From positions 124,124,001 to 124,188,000 of the forward strand of contig NC_058370.1 of assembly GCF_018350175.1 (NCBI RefSeq): 64,000 nucleotides of DNA, in the 5' to 3' direction. This DNA comes from Felis catus. Lineage: Eukaryota. The notes beneath the pieces are model-generated. The model ran no database searches. It saw nothing but the letters and a program-made list of their open reading frames with translations, and was not told the DNA's origin. The position numbers and the translations under genes are program-made. Positions 24,119 to 36,890 of the stretch are shown here, piece after piece (position 1 is the stretch's first letter; each line of letters begins with the position of its first letter).

Positions 24119-24338
24119 GGGGCGCCTGGGTGGCTCAGTTGGTTAAGCGTCCAACTTCAGCTCAGGTCATGATCTTGCAGTCCGTGAGTTCGAGCCCCGC
24201 ATCAGGCTCTGTGCTGACCGCTCAGAGCCTGGAGCCTGTTTCGGATTCTGTGTCTCCATCTCTCTCTGCCCCTCCCCTGCTCATGCTCTGTCTCTCTCTG
24301 TCTCAAAAATAAATAAACGTTAAAAAAAAAAAAAAAAA
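24119..24338 (+). mobile_element. Can-SINE (felid)
   Basis: Full head, long A-tail; TSD aaagtcttcacttt at 24104-24117 and 24339-24352. Confidence 0.97.
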
Positions 24339-24959
24339 AAAGTCTTCACTTTTGCTCTGCACTTCCCTGAACACAGTGATTTCCTCCTCCTGTTTTCCAG
24401 AACAGTGGATTACAAAGTAGCTAGAGAACCAAGCCTCTTACTTATGGGAATTAGGGAGAGTTTTGAGGACGGTTCAAAGATAGGAGGACAACAGATTTTC
24501 CCATATATGTAGGTCATCTGTTTTGCCTGTCGTTAGTTGGGGATTTCTTCTTTGCTTCTTAAGAACTATAAAATTAACTTATCCATAGTCTATGCATTCA
24601 GTCATCAAAACTCCCAACTTGTCCAGTTTGAACCAGACATGCTTCACCTGCAGCTTTGGGATATGGATGCTGGAGAAGATCCTCTGAGGTAGGATTGATT
24701 GCATAGTACTCTCTTGAGCCTCTCTCAGTTGCGCTAGGCCCATTGTAGCCTTCACTGCGGGGACCTGGCCGAAGAACCAAGAGATTGTTCACAAGTGGTT
24801 TGAAGAACAGAGAGCTGCAGCTGGGTTCCCAAGGAGCTGCAGTATCCGAGGCAGAGGAACAGGGTCCTACCACAGACAGTGGCTGGAGGGAATGAAAGGG
24901 GTAAAATGCATCAGTCATGCCGAAAGGATGCACTGGTGCCACGTGTCACATGCCCCAAG

Positions 24960-25090
24960 GAGGCCAGACAGACAAGGCCTGAGTGGGTATCCACTGGATT
25001 CACTGATCAGGAGGCTGCTCACAGGCTCAGCAAGAGCAATGCCATAGGCAGCAGCCAGACTACAGTGACTCAGAGTGGACAATGGTGGTG
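24960..25090 (-). mobile_element. L2 fragment
   Basis: 'ccactggattcactgatcaggagg...gcaagagca...gcagccagactacagtg' resembles antisense L2. Confidence 0.5.
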
Positions 25091-26454
25091 ACAGTTGCAC
25101 AGGGAAGTCAGCCTCCCCTGGGGCCACCATAAGGCAGCCTACGAGTGGGGCAGTGGAAAGCTCAAGACCACTGTGGTAAAGCTGGCGAAAGCGCTCACCT
25201 AGAGATATATGAAAGGCCCCCTATTTTTCATACCAAGTTCATCAAGTAACAAAAGGGGATGCGTCTTCTACTCGTGGTCACTTGCTCTCGTCCTGACTCC
25301 AGCTGCTAAAGTATCTTTAGGAGGACACATAGACAAGTGCTCCTCAGCCCAGAGGCCAGGATGTCAGGCCACCATAGCTAGGGAGAAGCCAACAGAATTC
25401 TGACTGGACCCCCAGGCTCGGCTTTGGGCAACCAGACACAGGCCTAAGGATGACCCCAGGTTGGCAGCACCCCCAGCAGAGCTGCTGGGACTGGAGGGAC
25501 CTGCAGTCACTGGGACCCATTACTTGGGCTTCCTGTTCAATCAACCAGGACAACACACACCAGGCAGTGCCAGTGTCAGGATCCCCCCTTTGGTTTCTGC
25601 TTTTCTCTTTTATCATCCCACGGTTGTTGTGATTGCTGTTAGTACTATTACCATCATCATCATTATTGTGGTTGAATCTGACCCAATGGGATTTGGAGGC
25701 CAACATGGAACACTGATGCAGCACAAAAGCATTTTTTTTTTTATCTTGCCTCCCTCATATATTAAGTTTCAGTTTTATGGGATTAAAACCAGCTGAGGTC
25801 TGAGGGCCTCCTCAGGCCCACTTGACTACCTTCAGGCGTCCTGCTGTGGTTTGCCACCCACAGCGGCGAGGACCCTTCTGGGATACAGACATCAGGGCCT
25901 TAGAGAGGCTGGCAGGCGGGTGGTCTGGAGAAGCCTCTAATTAAAGTTCTTCAGACCTGCAGCCATGGGACCCTAACCTCTGCTTCTCAGTGTCTGAACA
26001 CATCTCAAATACCAGACCTTTCACAGGACTCTGAGGGGCAGAAAATCCAAAAAGTCCGGAGTCTGCACTGAGGGAGGGCGTGAGGGCTAGTACTGGGCTG
26101 GAGGCTGGACCTAGCTCACAGTCACCCCAGTTCTTCAGATGGCAAGCGTCTGTGCTAGCCCAAGGGAGGAACAAAGGGAAAAGGGAGCAAGAGCCACCAT
26201 CGTGGTCTGGGTACAACTGTATGAATAAACCCCTGGGAAAAGGAACATAAAACACCCCATTCTAGAGTTCTTTTTCAGGAAATTATGGCATCATCCCTGG
26301 GGCTCCCTGGCAGATCCGACGTACCTTGTGGCTGAAGCTCACAAGTAAGCATGGACACCCCTTCCCTCCCCCACTTCCCCATTTGCTCTTAGAGGCCCTG
26401 TCAAGGCTTCCTACACTGAAAGTCCCTCTTTGCAAAACAATCCCCTGTGAGAAA

Positions 26455-26700
26455 TGTTCATTCATTCAATAAAATACATTTATTGGATTTCTCACATGCA
26501 CCTGCTTAAAACACAACACCGCAAAAGAACTTCAATGCTGAGTGCCCCTGGTTTTCACACTGGGAATGAGTTTCAGATCTCTATCTGATAGGTAGAGAGC
26601 CAAGGGTATGTGGTGGCAGAGTGGTAGGTGGGTAGCTCAGAACAGGATCGAGCCTTGCCTGCTGCACTCAAAGACTTCCCAAATTTCTTGGGTGTAAAAC
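26455..26700 (-). mobile_element. L2 3' end fragment
   Basis: 'ttcattcattcaataaaatacatttattgg' L2 terminus. Confidence 0.5.
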
Positions 26701-27679
26701 TCCTCTTATGTCATAGCAAACACCAGAGCACACCTTGAGACTACTTTCAACTTGGGCTTTCTGGAGGCTGTGATAAGTGTCCCTGGAGCCAGGATTCCAA
26801 TGCAGGATGTCCTGGTTCCAAAGCATTTGCTCTTCCAGCTTTACTTCAGGCTAAGTTCTCTTTTGCCTGCTCCCACAGATGTTCCTGGGACAGCATCTAT
26901 CCTCTGGTTATCTTGGAAGATGTGTGTTCCCCCTGGATGTGCTTAAGAGGTGGGCTGGAACAAGGAAGACTGAAGAAATGAACATGGCAAAAATCAGTCT
27001 CTATTGGGCCACAGACAGATCCTTGCCCACTGGGCTCAGTTTTGGTTCTTCTTTCCTAGAGGGAAAATCCACACAGAATCTAGGGGCCAAAGGACACCAT
27101 TGTCAGAGAAGCCGTTGGCGTCCTGGGTGCTCCAGTGGATGTTGTGGGAAGGAGAATGGATAAAGCAGAGAAAAGACCAGCCCTATGCTAGGAGAACTGC
27201 GTATCACTGCGACATACCAGAAAGGAATAGAAACTGGTCTCCTACAGGAGAAACATATTTAAGAATAAGAGTAACAGCTTTTTTAGAAAGGCATGAAGTG
27301 TCAGATCAGAAGAGAGGCACAGCAAGCTGAAAGAAAAAATACAAGGAAGATACGAAAAGTGAAGAGGAATTATATGAAGATGTTAAGAATGAAGAAATGA
27401 CTGATACACAAAAGATACATTGTCAGGGAATAGCGAGCTTCTAACTTGGGTTTTCTCTAGCTTCTCTGAAAGCTAAGCCTATTTTCACAGACTATGAGGG
27501 AGGAGGGCCATCCAGCCTTCCTCGAGCATGTGCACTTGCAGAACATCAGTGACACTCAAAAGGGGTAAGGATGGAGTCGAGTCTAACTGGACCCCAGTAT
27601 ATCAGACCAGACCTTTCATCCAGTCAGCTCACAAATGTATGTGACAAATGTATGTGGATTCATGTCATGTTTCTGCAAC

Positions 27680-27860
27680 TTACAGCCTTATGGCTTAGGG
27701 CAAGTTTATTTAAATTGTCTGGATCTTAATCTCTTTATCAGTAAAATGGATTTGTTACCTACCTGAAATAGTCATTGTGGGGTCTACATTAAATAAGATA
27801 ATGTTATAAACACGTAGTAATATACCTGGCACTCACTAAGCCCTCTCTAAATGTGGTCAT
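27680..27860 (+). mobile_element. MIR
   Basis: 'ttagggcaagtttatttaa...ctctttatcagtaaaatgg...taaataagataatg...cctggcac' follows the MIR consensus order. Confidence 0.7.
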
Positions 27861-27964
27861 TCTACTTAGCCACCTGGATTTCTCGCATTTAATTACATTT
27901 CCTGGAGCAAAATATCCAAGACACCTCAAAAATTAGAGTGAACTTAAAAACCAGGCAAAGTCCT

Positions 27965-28196
27965 GGGGCGCCTGGGTGGCGCAGTCGGTTAAGCGTCCGA
28001 CTTCAGCCAGGTCACGATCTCGCGGTCCATGAGTTCGAGCCCCGCGTCAGGCTCTGGGCTGATGGCTCGGAGCCTGGAGCCTGTTTCCGATTCTGTGTCT
28101 CCCTCTCTCTCTGCCCTTCCCCCGTTCATGCTCTGTCTCTCTCTGTCCCAAAAATAAATAAAAAAACGTTGAAAAAAAATTAAAAAAAAAAAAAAA
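27965..28196 (+). mobile_element. Very young felid Can-SINE (SINEC_Fc-like)
   Basis: CpG-intact head ggggcgcctgggtggcgcagtcggttaagcgtccgacttcagccaggtcacgatctcgcgg; TSD ccaggcaaagtcc at 27951-27963 and 28198-28210. Confidence 0.98.
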
Positions 28197-28923
28197 CCCA
28201 GGCAAAGTCCAGTTAACATCTACAGATATTCAGCCATGCTTCCTTATAGTGGTTTGACCAACCTTCAAATGGCCAGAAAATAGATCCCACTACTCCAAGC
28301 CCCCACCACTATTAAATAATGTTTAGGTTATTGTTTTAGGCTACTATCCCTTTGATATGGGACTCTGAGCTTGCAAATGGCATGCTGCAGCCAGAGTATT
28401 AACAAATCCTGGCTTATCTCTCGCCTGGATGTGGTGAATGGCTAGGACACACCATATCACCCTCTGTGCTCTAACATTGCTGCCATTTAAATTCTGTAGT
28501 CAGAATTGTTTCAGGAGTATAATATGTAATATGGGTTTTGGTTGAACATGTAAAGAACTTATACGATAAACTCTTCATTCAACAGGCTTACAGCGATGAA
28601 GGCAGAGTGTTCCATAGCACAGACATTAGAATTAGTTCCTTACTGTTCTTTGTATTTTCTATTGAGGCAAATGGTTTTCTCAATGGAATTGCTCCTCTGA
28701 AATGGTATGGAAATTAGAAAGGAAATACATATTTTTACTTTTCATTCAATTTTCCATAACAAATATAAGTAAAATAAGATCTATATACATGTAATGTACA
28801 TTGTGTATACACAAAATACTATGTTATATACATAATGTGCTATAAGGATATGAAATATGTTATATAGTATGTATCTATAAAAAATATTGTGTATACAGAA
28901 AATATTATGAAGATCACATAGTA

Positions 28924-29296
28924 ACTGTGGCAGAGGCAATAATGCTAACCATGCAGTTCATTTGCTCTCCTTCTAGCCTATCTGGTAAATGCACTTTGGT
29001 CATAAATGATACTTGTCACTTTCAGATCCAATTATAGAAGAGCACATGTGATTTCTCTATGCTCCTCTTTTCTTCTGCTTTGGCAAATGAGATGTGTTCT
29101 ACATGGGTATAGCAACAAGACAGTAAAGCATCCATCGGCTGGATGCCAGGAGCAGAGCCCCCTCTCCTACCCAATCTCTTGGCTGACTCACAATGAACAG
29201 GTAGCATGAGGGGTAAATCTTTGTTGTGTTAAGCCACTGAGATGCTCAGATTAATCTGTTATCCCAGTATAACCTATTCTATCCCGGCTGACATAG
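28924..29296 (+). mobile_element. MaLR LTR (MLT1I/J-like)
   Basis: Starts tgtggcagag; ends 'ttgttgtgttaagccactgagat...gttatcccagtataaccta...ctgacata'. Confidence 0.75.
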
Positions 29297-29849
29297 CAAC
29301 TATTCCTCGGAATTCTCTAAATCAAACCTCAAGTAGAGCTTTGAATGCAGAGTGAAGAGTAGCAGGTATTAGAAACAATGATTGCATTTTATTGTCCTTT
29401 TTCAATTTGCTGTTAAAAATCAAGTAATCACTTGATTTTATTAAAAATATTTAAGTGTTTTCCTCTTAAATCTGGATAATCTTGTTTAAAATTCCAAACT
29501 TTTTATCTGCATGAAGTTTAAATGCTTTTAAGTCTTTAAGTTTCCTCTTATTTCTAGACTATCTTTCAAGTAAAGGGACTTTCCCTAATAACAAATAAGA
29601 ACATTTCCAAATCTAGTGAGGCAGAGGCCTTGGAGTTGTGTCTCACTCATACTAAAGAAGGTATTTTTATGACATTAAGATAATTGAGCTAATGCTTATA
29701 ATGTAAAATAATAATGATAATAATAATAATAATGAGAACAGCAGCCCTCTGCCAGCATCATGGTTTATAGGAGACAAAACGAAATGGTGAAAGAAACATT
29801 TTTCACAATTCATCCACCCTAGCTGGATCCAAGTGATACAGGAGTAAGC

Positions 29850-30000
29850 AAACACACTTCAGTGGTTGGGGTTCAAGACTATGAAGTGGGAATAATGTAC
29901 TGCTTGCTGACTTCCTCATTTCACAGGGATTTGCTGAGGATTAAATGGTTAAAACACTTCGAAGATGACAAATGCTTAAGGGCTAGGCATTATTATTATC
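29850..30000 (+). mobile_element. MIR fragment
   Basis: 'ttcctcatttcacagggatttgctgaggattaaatgg' MIR-like. Confidence 0.5.
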
Positions 30001-31530
30001 TGAAACTATTATTACATCAATTCCTTGTGTAATCAAGTATTATTATTGGAAGCACTGCAAGAAAAGCTAATCTTTGGAGATTTTCAGCTCTATTTGCAGA
30101 ACAAAGGGGCATGGGTATCATTCATCCTAAGTACTTTAGACATGTGAATCAAGAGTATCTAGACAGTGAGTGAGTATTTCTTGTTTGCCCATATTTCAAC
30201 TAATAAGAACTTTGTATTTATTGGCATGACCCAAAAAGCAATATGGTACTTTGGGGAGGAAAAAACTCACAAGATTCAGATTCTAGAATAAGGTAAAACT
30301 AAAATGGAACCCACCCAAACATTTTCAGCTGAGATTAAAACCCCTCCTGGCTATTTGAATAAATTGCTCTTTAAGTAATTAAAACTGTAACCTGTGGTCT
30401 TTAGTAAATTCTAGTAATTTCTCTGTAGTCAATTTCAAGTATTTTCTAGCTGGCTTCTTTCCAAAGAGTACACCTGTGTGTTAGTTGAACAATGTCTTAC
30501 TGAAAGATGAAATTAACTAATTTTGTTTGATTTGGATCTTGGTTAAAACTCTGAAGTTAGATATTTATATGCAGAGCCACATAAAGAACACTAGCTTAAA
30601 TTATTCCACCAGGGACTATAATAAGATTTCCATTTAGCTAACAGAACATTAGAATATGCTTAGCTAATGAAAACGATTTATCTCTGTTTTTCTATCAAAC
30701 ACAAGAGTTGGAGGAGGAGCAAAGAACTATTATTTTAAGTATAGAACTTCTAGTGTTTTAACTTTCTTCCCTTTCGTGCTACATCTTCTTCCTAAACTTA
30801 CTCACTTTTGTTTCTGAACTTTGAAAAGACCTTGATCTATTTTAATTCATGAAACCCAATAAAACATTGTTTTGACTTTAAATAATGGGTCTTTAATGCC
30901 TTTGATCCCCCTTTTCCATGTAAAGTAAAAGCCTAATGATTCCTATTAAATGGAGGGAATAAAGTTTATTCCAATAACTTTTCATTTTATGAGGGTAATT
31001 TAAGTTTTCACTTTTGTGCATTAATTATATGGGATGTCATAAATGTTGGAAGATGGGATTTGTTTATGTTTCCAGTTTTGATCTCAGTTAGTTTTTGCTT
31101 TGTATGGAATTAACACATAAGAGCACGAGTCCCACCAGCCACTCCTGTCCCACCTCAAGAGTACAGGTGTGTGCAATAAGCCAGTCCCATTCACAACTGT
31201 ACTACAATTCCTGAACAATCATACTTTCCATGGCCCCACAATGGCCTCCAAGAAGCCCCCATCTTGCTGTCAGAACATGCAAGCTCTCCTCACACTTGGA
31301 TATGTGGGCTTTACACAGCCTTGAGGAGAAGAAATGTGGCTGATTACCCCTGCCACCCATGCTCTCTGGGGCCCAAACATGGTCAAGATTGGGAGAAATA
31401 CTTCAGTTTATGAAAGGAGACTTCTAACTGTACCTCTGTGCTTCTTATATCACCTCCCCAGTTTTTGCAAACTGCCTTGGGGAGTAATAAATAGTAATAA
31501 ATGTTTGTGATTTTTTGAAAAGAATATTCA

Positions 31531-31642
31531 GGGGTGCCTGTGTGGCTCAGTCAGTTGAGCATCTGACTCTTGATTTTAGCTCAGGTCATGATCCCAGGGT
31601 TGTGGGATTGAGCCCCATGTCAGGTTCCATGCTCAGTTTAAG

Positions 31643-31690
<48 letters not shown>

Positions 31691-31762
31691 CCTCTCCCCA
31701 GCTTGCACTTTCTCTCTCTCTAAAATAAAATAAAATAAAATAAAATAAAATAAAATAAAATA
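31531..31762 (+). mobile_element. Can-SINE with expanded (CT)n and (TAAAA)n tail
   Basis: Head ggggtgcctgtgtggctcagtc; (CT)n ~31645-31687; (TAAAA)n ~31712-31762; TSD aatattca. Confidence 0.96.
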
Positions 31763-32404
31763 AATATTCAATTCTACAATTAAAACCTTAGAGAAAAAAG
31801 TAAGGAGGATAAATAAAACTAAGTATAGAAATATGTATCATGTGAGAAACATTTTTCCAAAAAAAAAAAAAAAAGTAGAAGAAATGTATACTAAAACAGA
31901 CTGGAATGGATGGAAGGCCCAAGTAGGCACTTAATATTCATGAGGCATGTGATCCATCAAATTTTCATGAGGCACTAAATAAGTATTCATGAGACCTTTA
32001 ATTAGCCATTTGGTGGTAGTCCCATTTAACGTCCATTTGTTCTCAATGCACCACTCAGTTTGCATGCTCGTTCTGCAACAGTAATATCCATGGGACACTA
32101 GTGATCCACAGGACTAAAGTTCAAAAAGTAGTATTTGCATCCTTGCAGGCCATGTGTTCTAAAACTTTAAACATATACATACAAGAAAGTCCTAATTGTA
32201 CTAATATATATAAAGAGCTCTTATAACTCAATAAGAAAGTATAAACAACAAAAATTTGCAAGAATTACAAACATGCAGATTCACAGCAAAAGAAATATAT
32301 GTTAAAGCATATTTTAGAACTATTTAAGATCAAAGAAAGAGAGAGTCTTTCAGATGTTCTCATAGCCACTCTCTTCTAGCTTCTCCAGTGTTGGGTTAGG
32401 ACCA

Positions 32405-32444
32405 GGGAAAGGGCGGGGGCGGTGGGGCGGGGGGGGAAGCCAAT
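32405..32444 (+). promoter_or_regulatory. G-rich tract: three GGGCGG boxes and a CCAAT; potential G-quadruplex
   Basis: GGGCGG at 32411, 32417 and 32425; CCAAT at 32440-32444. Motif match only, no CpG island. Confidence 0.25.
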
Positions 32445-32972
32445 GGATTCTGCACCCTCTTCTCTGTGGGCTATTGGGACAGACAGCTTGATGCTGGCTC
32501 TCCTGTCAGCACAGTGCAGTTCCTTGGAAGGCTGTGTATTTTTCAACTTTTATAAGGTTCACCAAAACAGTATTTTTCTAGGCATTCCCAGAGATGGTTT
32601 ATGTATGCTCCCTTATACTCTTAGATTTCATGTGGCTGCTTCTGTTCCAGTCCTTACCCTGGAAAACTGATGTCTCTGCCCCCAAGGTTTCCCTACTCTG
32701 AAGTCATGGCGTCTCCCAGCCCAAAATGAGGAGAATGAACCACTCCACATTCTGCATTTTTCACACAGATTCAAGAGAAGTCAACAGCCGCAATTCTTAC
32801 AAGAAAGCATTCTGTTGTGGACCCTACTCAGGAGATTCAGTTGCAGAAGAAACTAAGGACCTCATCTAGATAGTCCCATGGTGTGATCCACAGAGAAAGT
32901 CTTAGGGTATCTATCTCTCCATCCTTCCTTCATTTCTTTCTTCATTCTTTTTCTACCTTATCTTCAATGTAT

Positions 32973-33134
32973 AGCCTTGCTACTTAAAGGGGGGGGGGGG
33001 CAGCAACATTGAATCACCCGGGAGTAGTTATGAATGCAGAACATCAGTCCTATCCCAGAGCAACTTCGTCAGAATCCGCATTTTAACAAGATCCTCTGGC
33101 CATTCGAAGGCATATTGAAGTTGGAGAGGCACTG
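32973..33134 (+). mobile_element. MER5A-like hAT-Charlie element
   Basis: 'cagaatccgcattttaacaagatcc...gaagttggagaggcactg' MER5A-like 3' end. Confidence 0.8.
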
Positions 33135-34005
33135 ATTTCTAGAACAGAATTTCTGGATTCTCCTGCTCCAGTTTTTCACATCCACATTCATGCTTAGTTG
33201 GAGTGGTTCTAGGAAGAAAAGCTTTATTCTTCCTCCTTTCTCCATCAGACTCCACCTTATACAAAGCTGTCCTTGGCAACACTTTAGTCCTATACCCTTC
33301 TTTTCCATTTTCTGTTACCCTTTCTTGTGACCTTTGGCCTTCCCTTCCTGTTGATAAATGTCCACTCAGGCTCATTGGCTCCATTTAGCTTCCTCCCAGA
33401 GAGGCTAGAAACATACTCCATGGATCAGCTGTGGCTAGCTTGAAGGACCTCACCCTGCCTCTTCTAATGCCAGATGTAATTTAATCATTCCCAGAGTTCA
33501 GAGGTTTATGACTTGTTTCTTGTAGTTCCAAATGTGCGGTCAAGATGCCCTGGTGTTGAGTTGGCAGGACTAATGGCTTATTTAAATATTTTCCAATTCT
33601 GCTCTTTCAGACCACTGCTTCCATGTTGCTATCACTTGGAAATATGAATTTAAGGAAATCATGAGGCTCATGTCAAGTTTGTCTTTAAACTTTTATACTG
33701 ATTAAGTCAATATTCCAGCAGTTTCCATAAATTAAATCTATTCTGAAAGAAAGAGTATCTGGAATTGGGACCCAAATCTTTCCATAGGTTCTTGGATGTA
33801 CTTTGTGAGTGTGCTTTTGTTTCCTAAACATGGAAAGAAAATTATATTTGAAGTCCACAAAGTTAGAGGATGACTTTCTGTGTTTCTGGGGTACTTGGAG
33901 AATCCACCTGCATCCACAGAATAAAGTGCTTTTATCTGAATGCACACACATACACACAACTGCTATACCTTATTGTCCAAACTTCTTGTCCCCATCCAAG
34001 ATGGA

Positions 34006-34032
34006 AACATACACACACACACACACACACAC
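34006..34032. repeat. (CA)n microsatellite
   Basis: Directly visible. Confidence 0.95.
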
Positions 34033-34165
34033 AGGTTATCTCTAGGAAGAAAAATCGACTCTAAAACAGGTGATATTATGCATCTTATAGGCATTGGAAT
34101 ATTGAGGACAATTCAGCTGAAAGACATCACTTGTTATACAACTCAAGACAGTTGATACTGTGGTT

Positions 34166-36110
34166 TACACAGGCAACAAAGGAAAAACATAGATAAACTG
34201 GACTCCATTAAAATTAAAAACTTTTGTGCATCAAAGGACACTATCAACAGAATGAAAAGGCAACCATGGCAAGGGGGAAAAAATTCTTTGCAAATCATGT
34301 ATTTGATAAGAGGTTAGTTAATATCCAGAATATAGAAGGAATACCTACAACCTATCAACATAAAGGCAAACAGCTCAATTAAAAAATGGGCAAAGGCTTT
34401 TAAAAGACATGTCCCCAAAGAAGATCTATAAATGGTCAATAAACACATGAAAAGATTCTGCACATCACTAGTCATTAGGGAAATACAAATCAAAATCGCA
34501 ATGAGATACAACTATTAGAATGGCTGTAATTAAAATGTTTTATTCCATTGTCTATATAAACCACAATTTCTTTATCCATTCATCAGTTGATGGACATTTA
34601 GGCTCTTTCCATAATTTAGCTATTGTTGAGAGTGCTGCTATAAACATCGGGGTACAAGTGCCCCTATGCATCAGTACTCCTGTATCCCTTGGGTAAATTC
34701 CTAGCAGTGCTACTGCTGNNNNNNNNNNNNNNNNNNNNNNNNNNNNNNNNNNNNNNNNNNNNNNNNNNNNNNNNNNNNNNNNNNNNNNNNNNNNNNNNNN
34801 NNNNNNNNNNNNNNNNNNNNNNNNNNNNNNNNNNNNNNNNNNNNNNNNNNNNNNNNNNNNNNNNTTCATTTTGGCCACTCTGACTGGCANNNNNNNNNNN
34901 NNNNNNNNNNNNNNNNNNNNNNNNNNNNNNNNNNNNNNNNNNNNNNNNNNNNNNNNNNNNNNNNNNNNNNNNNNNNNNNNNNNNNNNNNNNNNNNNNNNN
35001 NNNNNNNNNNNNNNNNNNNNNNNNNNNNNNNNNNATTTGTTTCTCGGGTGTGGAGTTTGGTGAGCTCTTTATAGATTTTGGATACTAGCCCTTTGTCCGA
35101 TATGTCATTTGCAAATATCTTTTCCTATTCCGTTGGTTGCCTTTTAGTTTTGTTGATTGTTTCCTTTGCTGTGCAGAAGATTATACACAATGGAATACTA
35201 CGTGGCAATGAGAAAGAATGAAATATGGCCTTTTGTAGCAACATGGATGGAATTGGAGAGTGTTATGCTAAGTGAAATAAGTCATACAGAGAAGGACAGA
35301 TTCCATATGTTTTCACTCCTATGTGGATCCTGAGAAACTTAACAGAAGACCATGGGGGAGGTGAAGAAAAGAAAATGGTTAGAGAGGGAGGGAGCCAAAA
35401 CATAAGAGACTCCTAAAAACTGAGAACAAACTGAGGGTTTATGGGGGGTGGGAAGGAGGGGTGGGTGGGTGATGTGTATTGAGGGCACCTGTTGGGATGA
35501 GCACTGGGTATTGTATGGAAACCAATTTGACAATAAATTTCATAATAAAAAAAATGTTTTAAATAGTAGGTACTGGTGAGGATGTGGAGAAATTGGAACA
35601 CTTGTGCATTGCTGGTGGGAATGTAAAATGGTGCAGTCACTCTGGAAAAGTCTGTTGGTTCTTCCAAAACACTAAACAAAAAATTACCGTATTGGACCAG
35701 CCATTCCATTCATAGGTATACACCTGAAAACAGGGACTCAAACAGATACTTGTCTGCCAATGTTCATAGTAGTGTTATCCACAATAGCCAAAAAGTGGAA
35801 ATAACCTAAGTGTCCATCAACAGGTAGACAAACAGATAAACAAGATGTAGTATATACATACAAAGGAATATTTTTCATTAATAATAATAAAAAAAGAATG
35901 AAGTTCTGATGCATACTACAATGTGGGTGAAAACTGAAGACATTATGTCAAGTGAAATTAGCCAGGTAAAAAAAAGTATTATATGATACACTTACATGAA
36001 GTATCTAGAACATGTAAATTCATAGAGACATAGATAAAGTTTACTAAGAGTTGGAGGGAGGGAAGAATCAGTAATTATTGTTTAATGGGTAGGTCACTAG
36101 ATTCATACAG
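34166..36110 (+). mobile_element. Old L1M 3' region, split by a young L1 at 34542-35550
   Basis: ORF2 3' sequence (aaaacttttgtgcatcaaaggacactatc...) stops at 34541 and resumes at 35561 (actggtgaggatgtggagaaattggaacac...). Confidence 0.9.
34542..35550 (+). mobile_element. Young felid LINE-1 with 5' inversion (inverted 34542-35179, forward 35181-35550)
   Basis: Antisense ORF2 end joined to sense 3' UTR and A-tail; TSD aaaatgtttt at 34532-34541 and 35551-35560. Confidence 0.93.
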
Positions 36111-36187
36111 ACAAGCCATACACTCCTCCCTTTGAAGAAAGGAATCTCAAAGAATTTGGGGCCATGTTTTAAAATCACCACACCCTC

Positions 36188-36401
36188 GGGGCACCTGGGT
36201 GGCTCAGTCGGTTGAGCATCAGACTTTGGCTCAGGTCATGATCTCTCAGCTCCTGAGTTTGAGACCCGTGTCGGGCTCTGTGCTGACAGCTCAGAGCCTG
36301 CAGCCTGCTTTGGATTCTGTGTGTCCCTCTCTCTGCCCCTAACCCACTCTCATTCTGTCTCTGCCTCTCTCAAAAAAAATAAATAAACATTAAAAAACAA
36401 A
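36188..36401 (+). mobile_element. Can-SINE
   Basis: 19-bp TSD ttaaaatcaccacacyctc at 36169-36187 and 36402-36420. Confidence 0.97.
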
Positions 36402-36420
36402 TTAAAATCACCACACTCTC

Positions 36421-36890
36421 AGGAGTGGGTTGAATTGTGTCTCCCAAAAAGAGATGCCCCAAATCCTAAACCTTGGTACTGTGAATGTGTCCTTGTTTGG
36501 AAATAGGGTCTTTGCAGATCTAATTAAGTTAAGGGTCTTGGTATGACATTATCCTGAATTTAGGGTAGGCCCTAAATCCAATAACTGGTGTCCTAATTAC
36601 AGAAAGGAGAGAGAAAGTTAAGATGCACAGCCATAGAGACATGGGAAAGAAAGCCATGTGAAGATGTAGGCAAAGACTGGAGTTATGACAAGCCAAGGAA
36701 TGGCAGGACCAGCAGAGGCTGGGAGAGGCAAGGGAGGATTCTTCCCTAGAGACTTCAGATGGAACATAGCCCTGCCAACACCTTGAATTCAAACTTCTGG
36801 CCTCCAAAACTGTGATAGAATACATTCCTGCTGTTTTAGGCTGCCAAGTTTATGAAAATTTGTTATGGCAGCACTAGGAAACTAATATAC
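36421..36890 (+). mobile_element. MaLR solo LTR (MLT1B/C-like)
   Basis: Starts 'gtgggttgaattgtgtctcccaaaaag', has 'ggaaatagggtctttgcagat', ends 'gttatggcagcactaggaaactaata'. Confidence 0.92.

Noticed and set aside
24602-24688. 87-nt plus-strand exon-like segment encoding ...MLHLQLWDMDAGEDPL, reminiscent of the Rab27 G3 region HLQLWDTAGQE
   Set aside because: The DxxG motif is broken by an extra residue, flanks do not match Rab sequence, and no other Rab exons (G1, G4, G5) were found.
25199-25377. Minus-strand segment with strong acceptor and donor (similar cases at ~27215-27325, ~62110-62190, ~62473-62608)
   Set aside because: Stops in all three frames; could only be non-coding exons, and nothing supports that.
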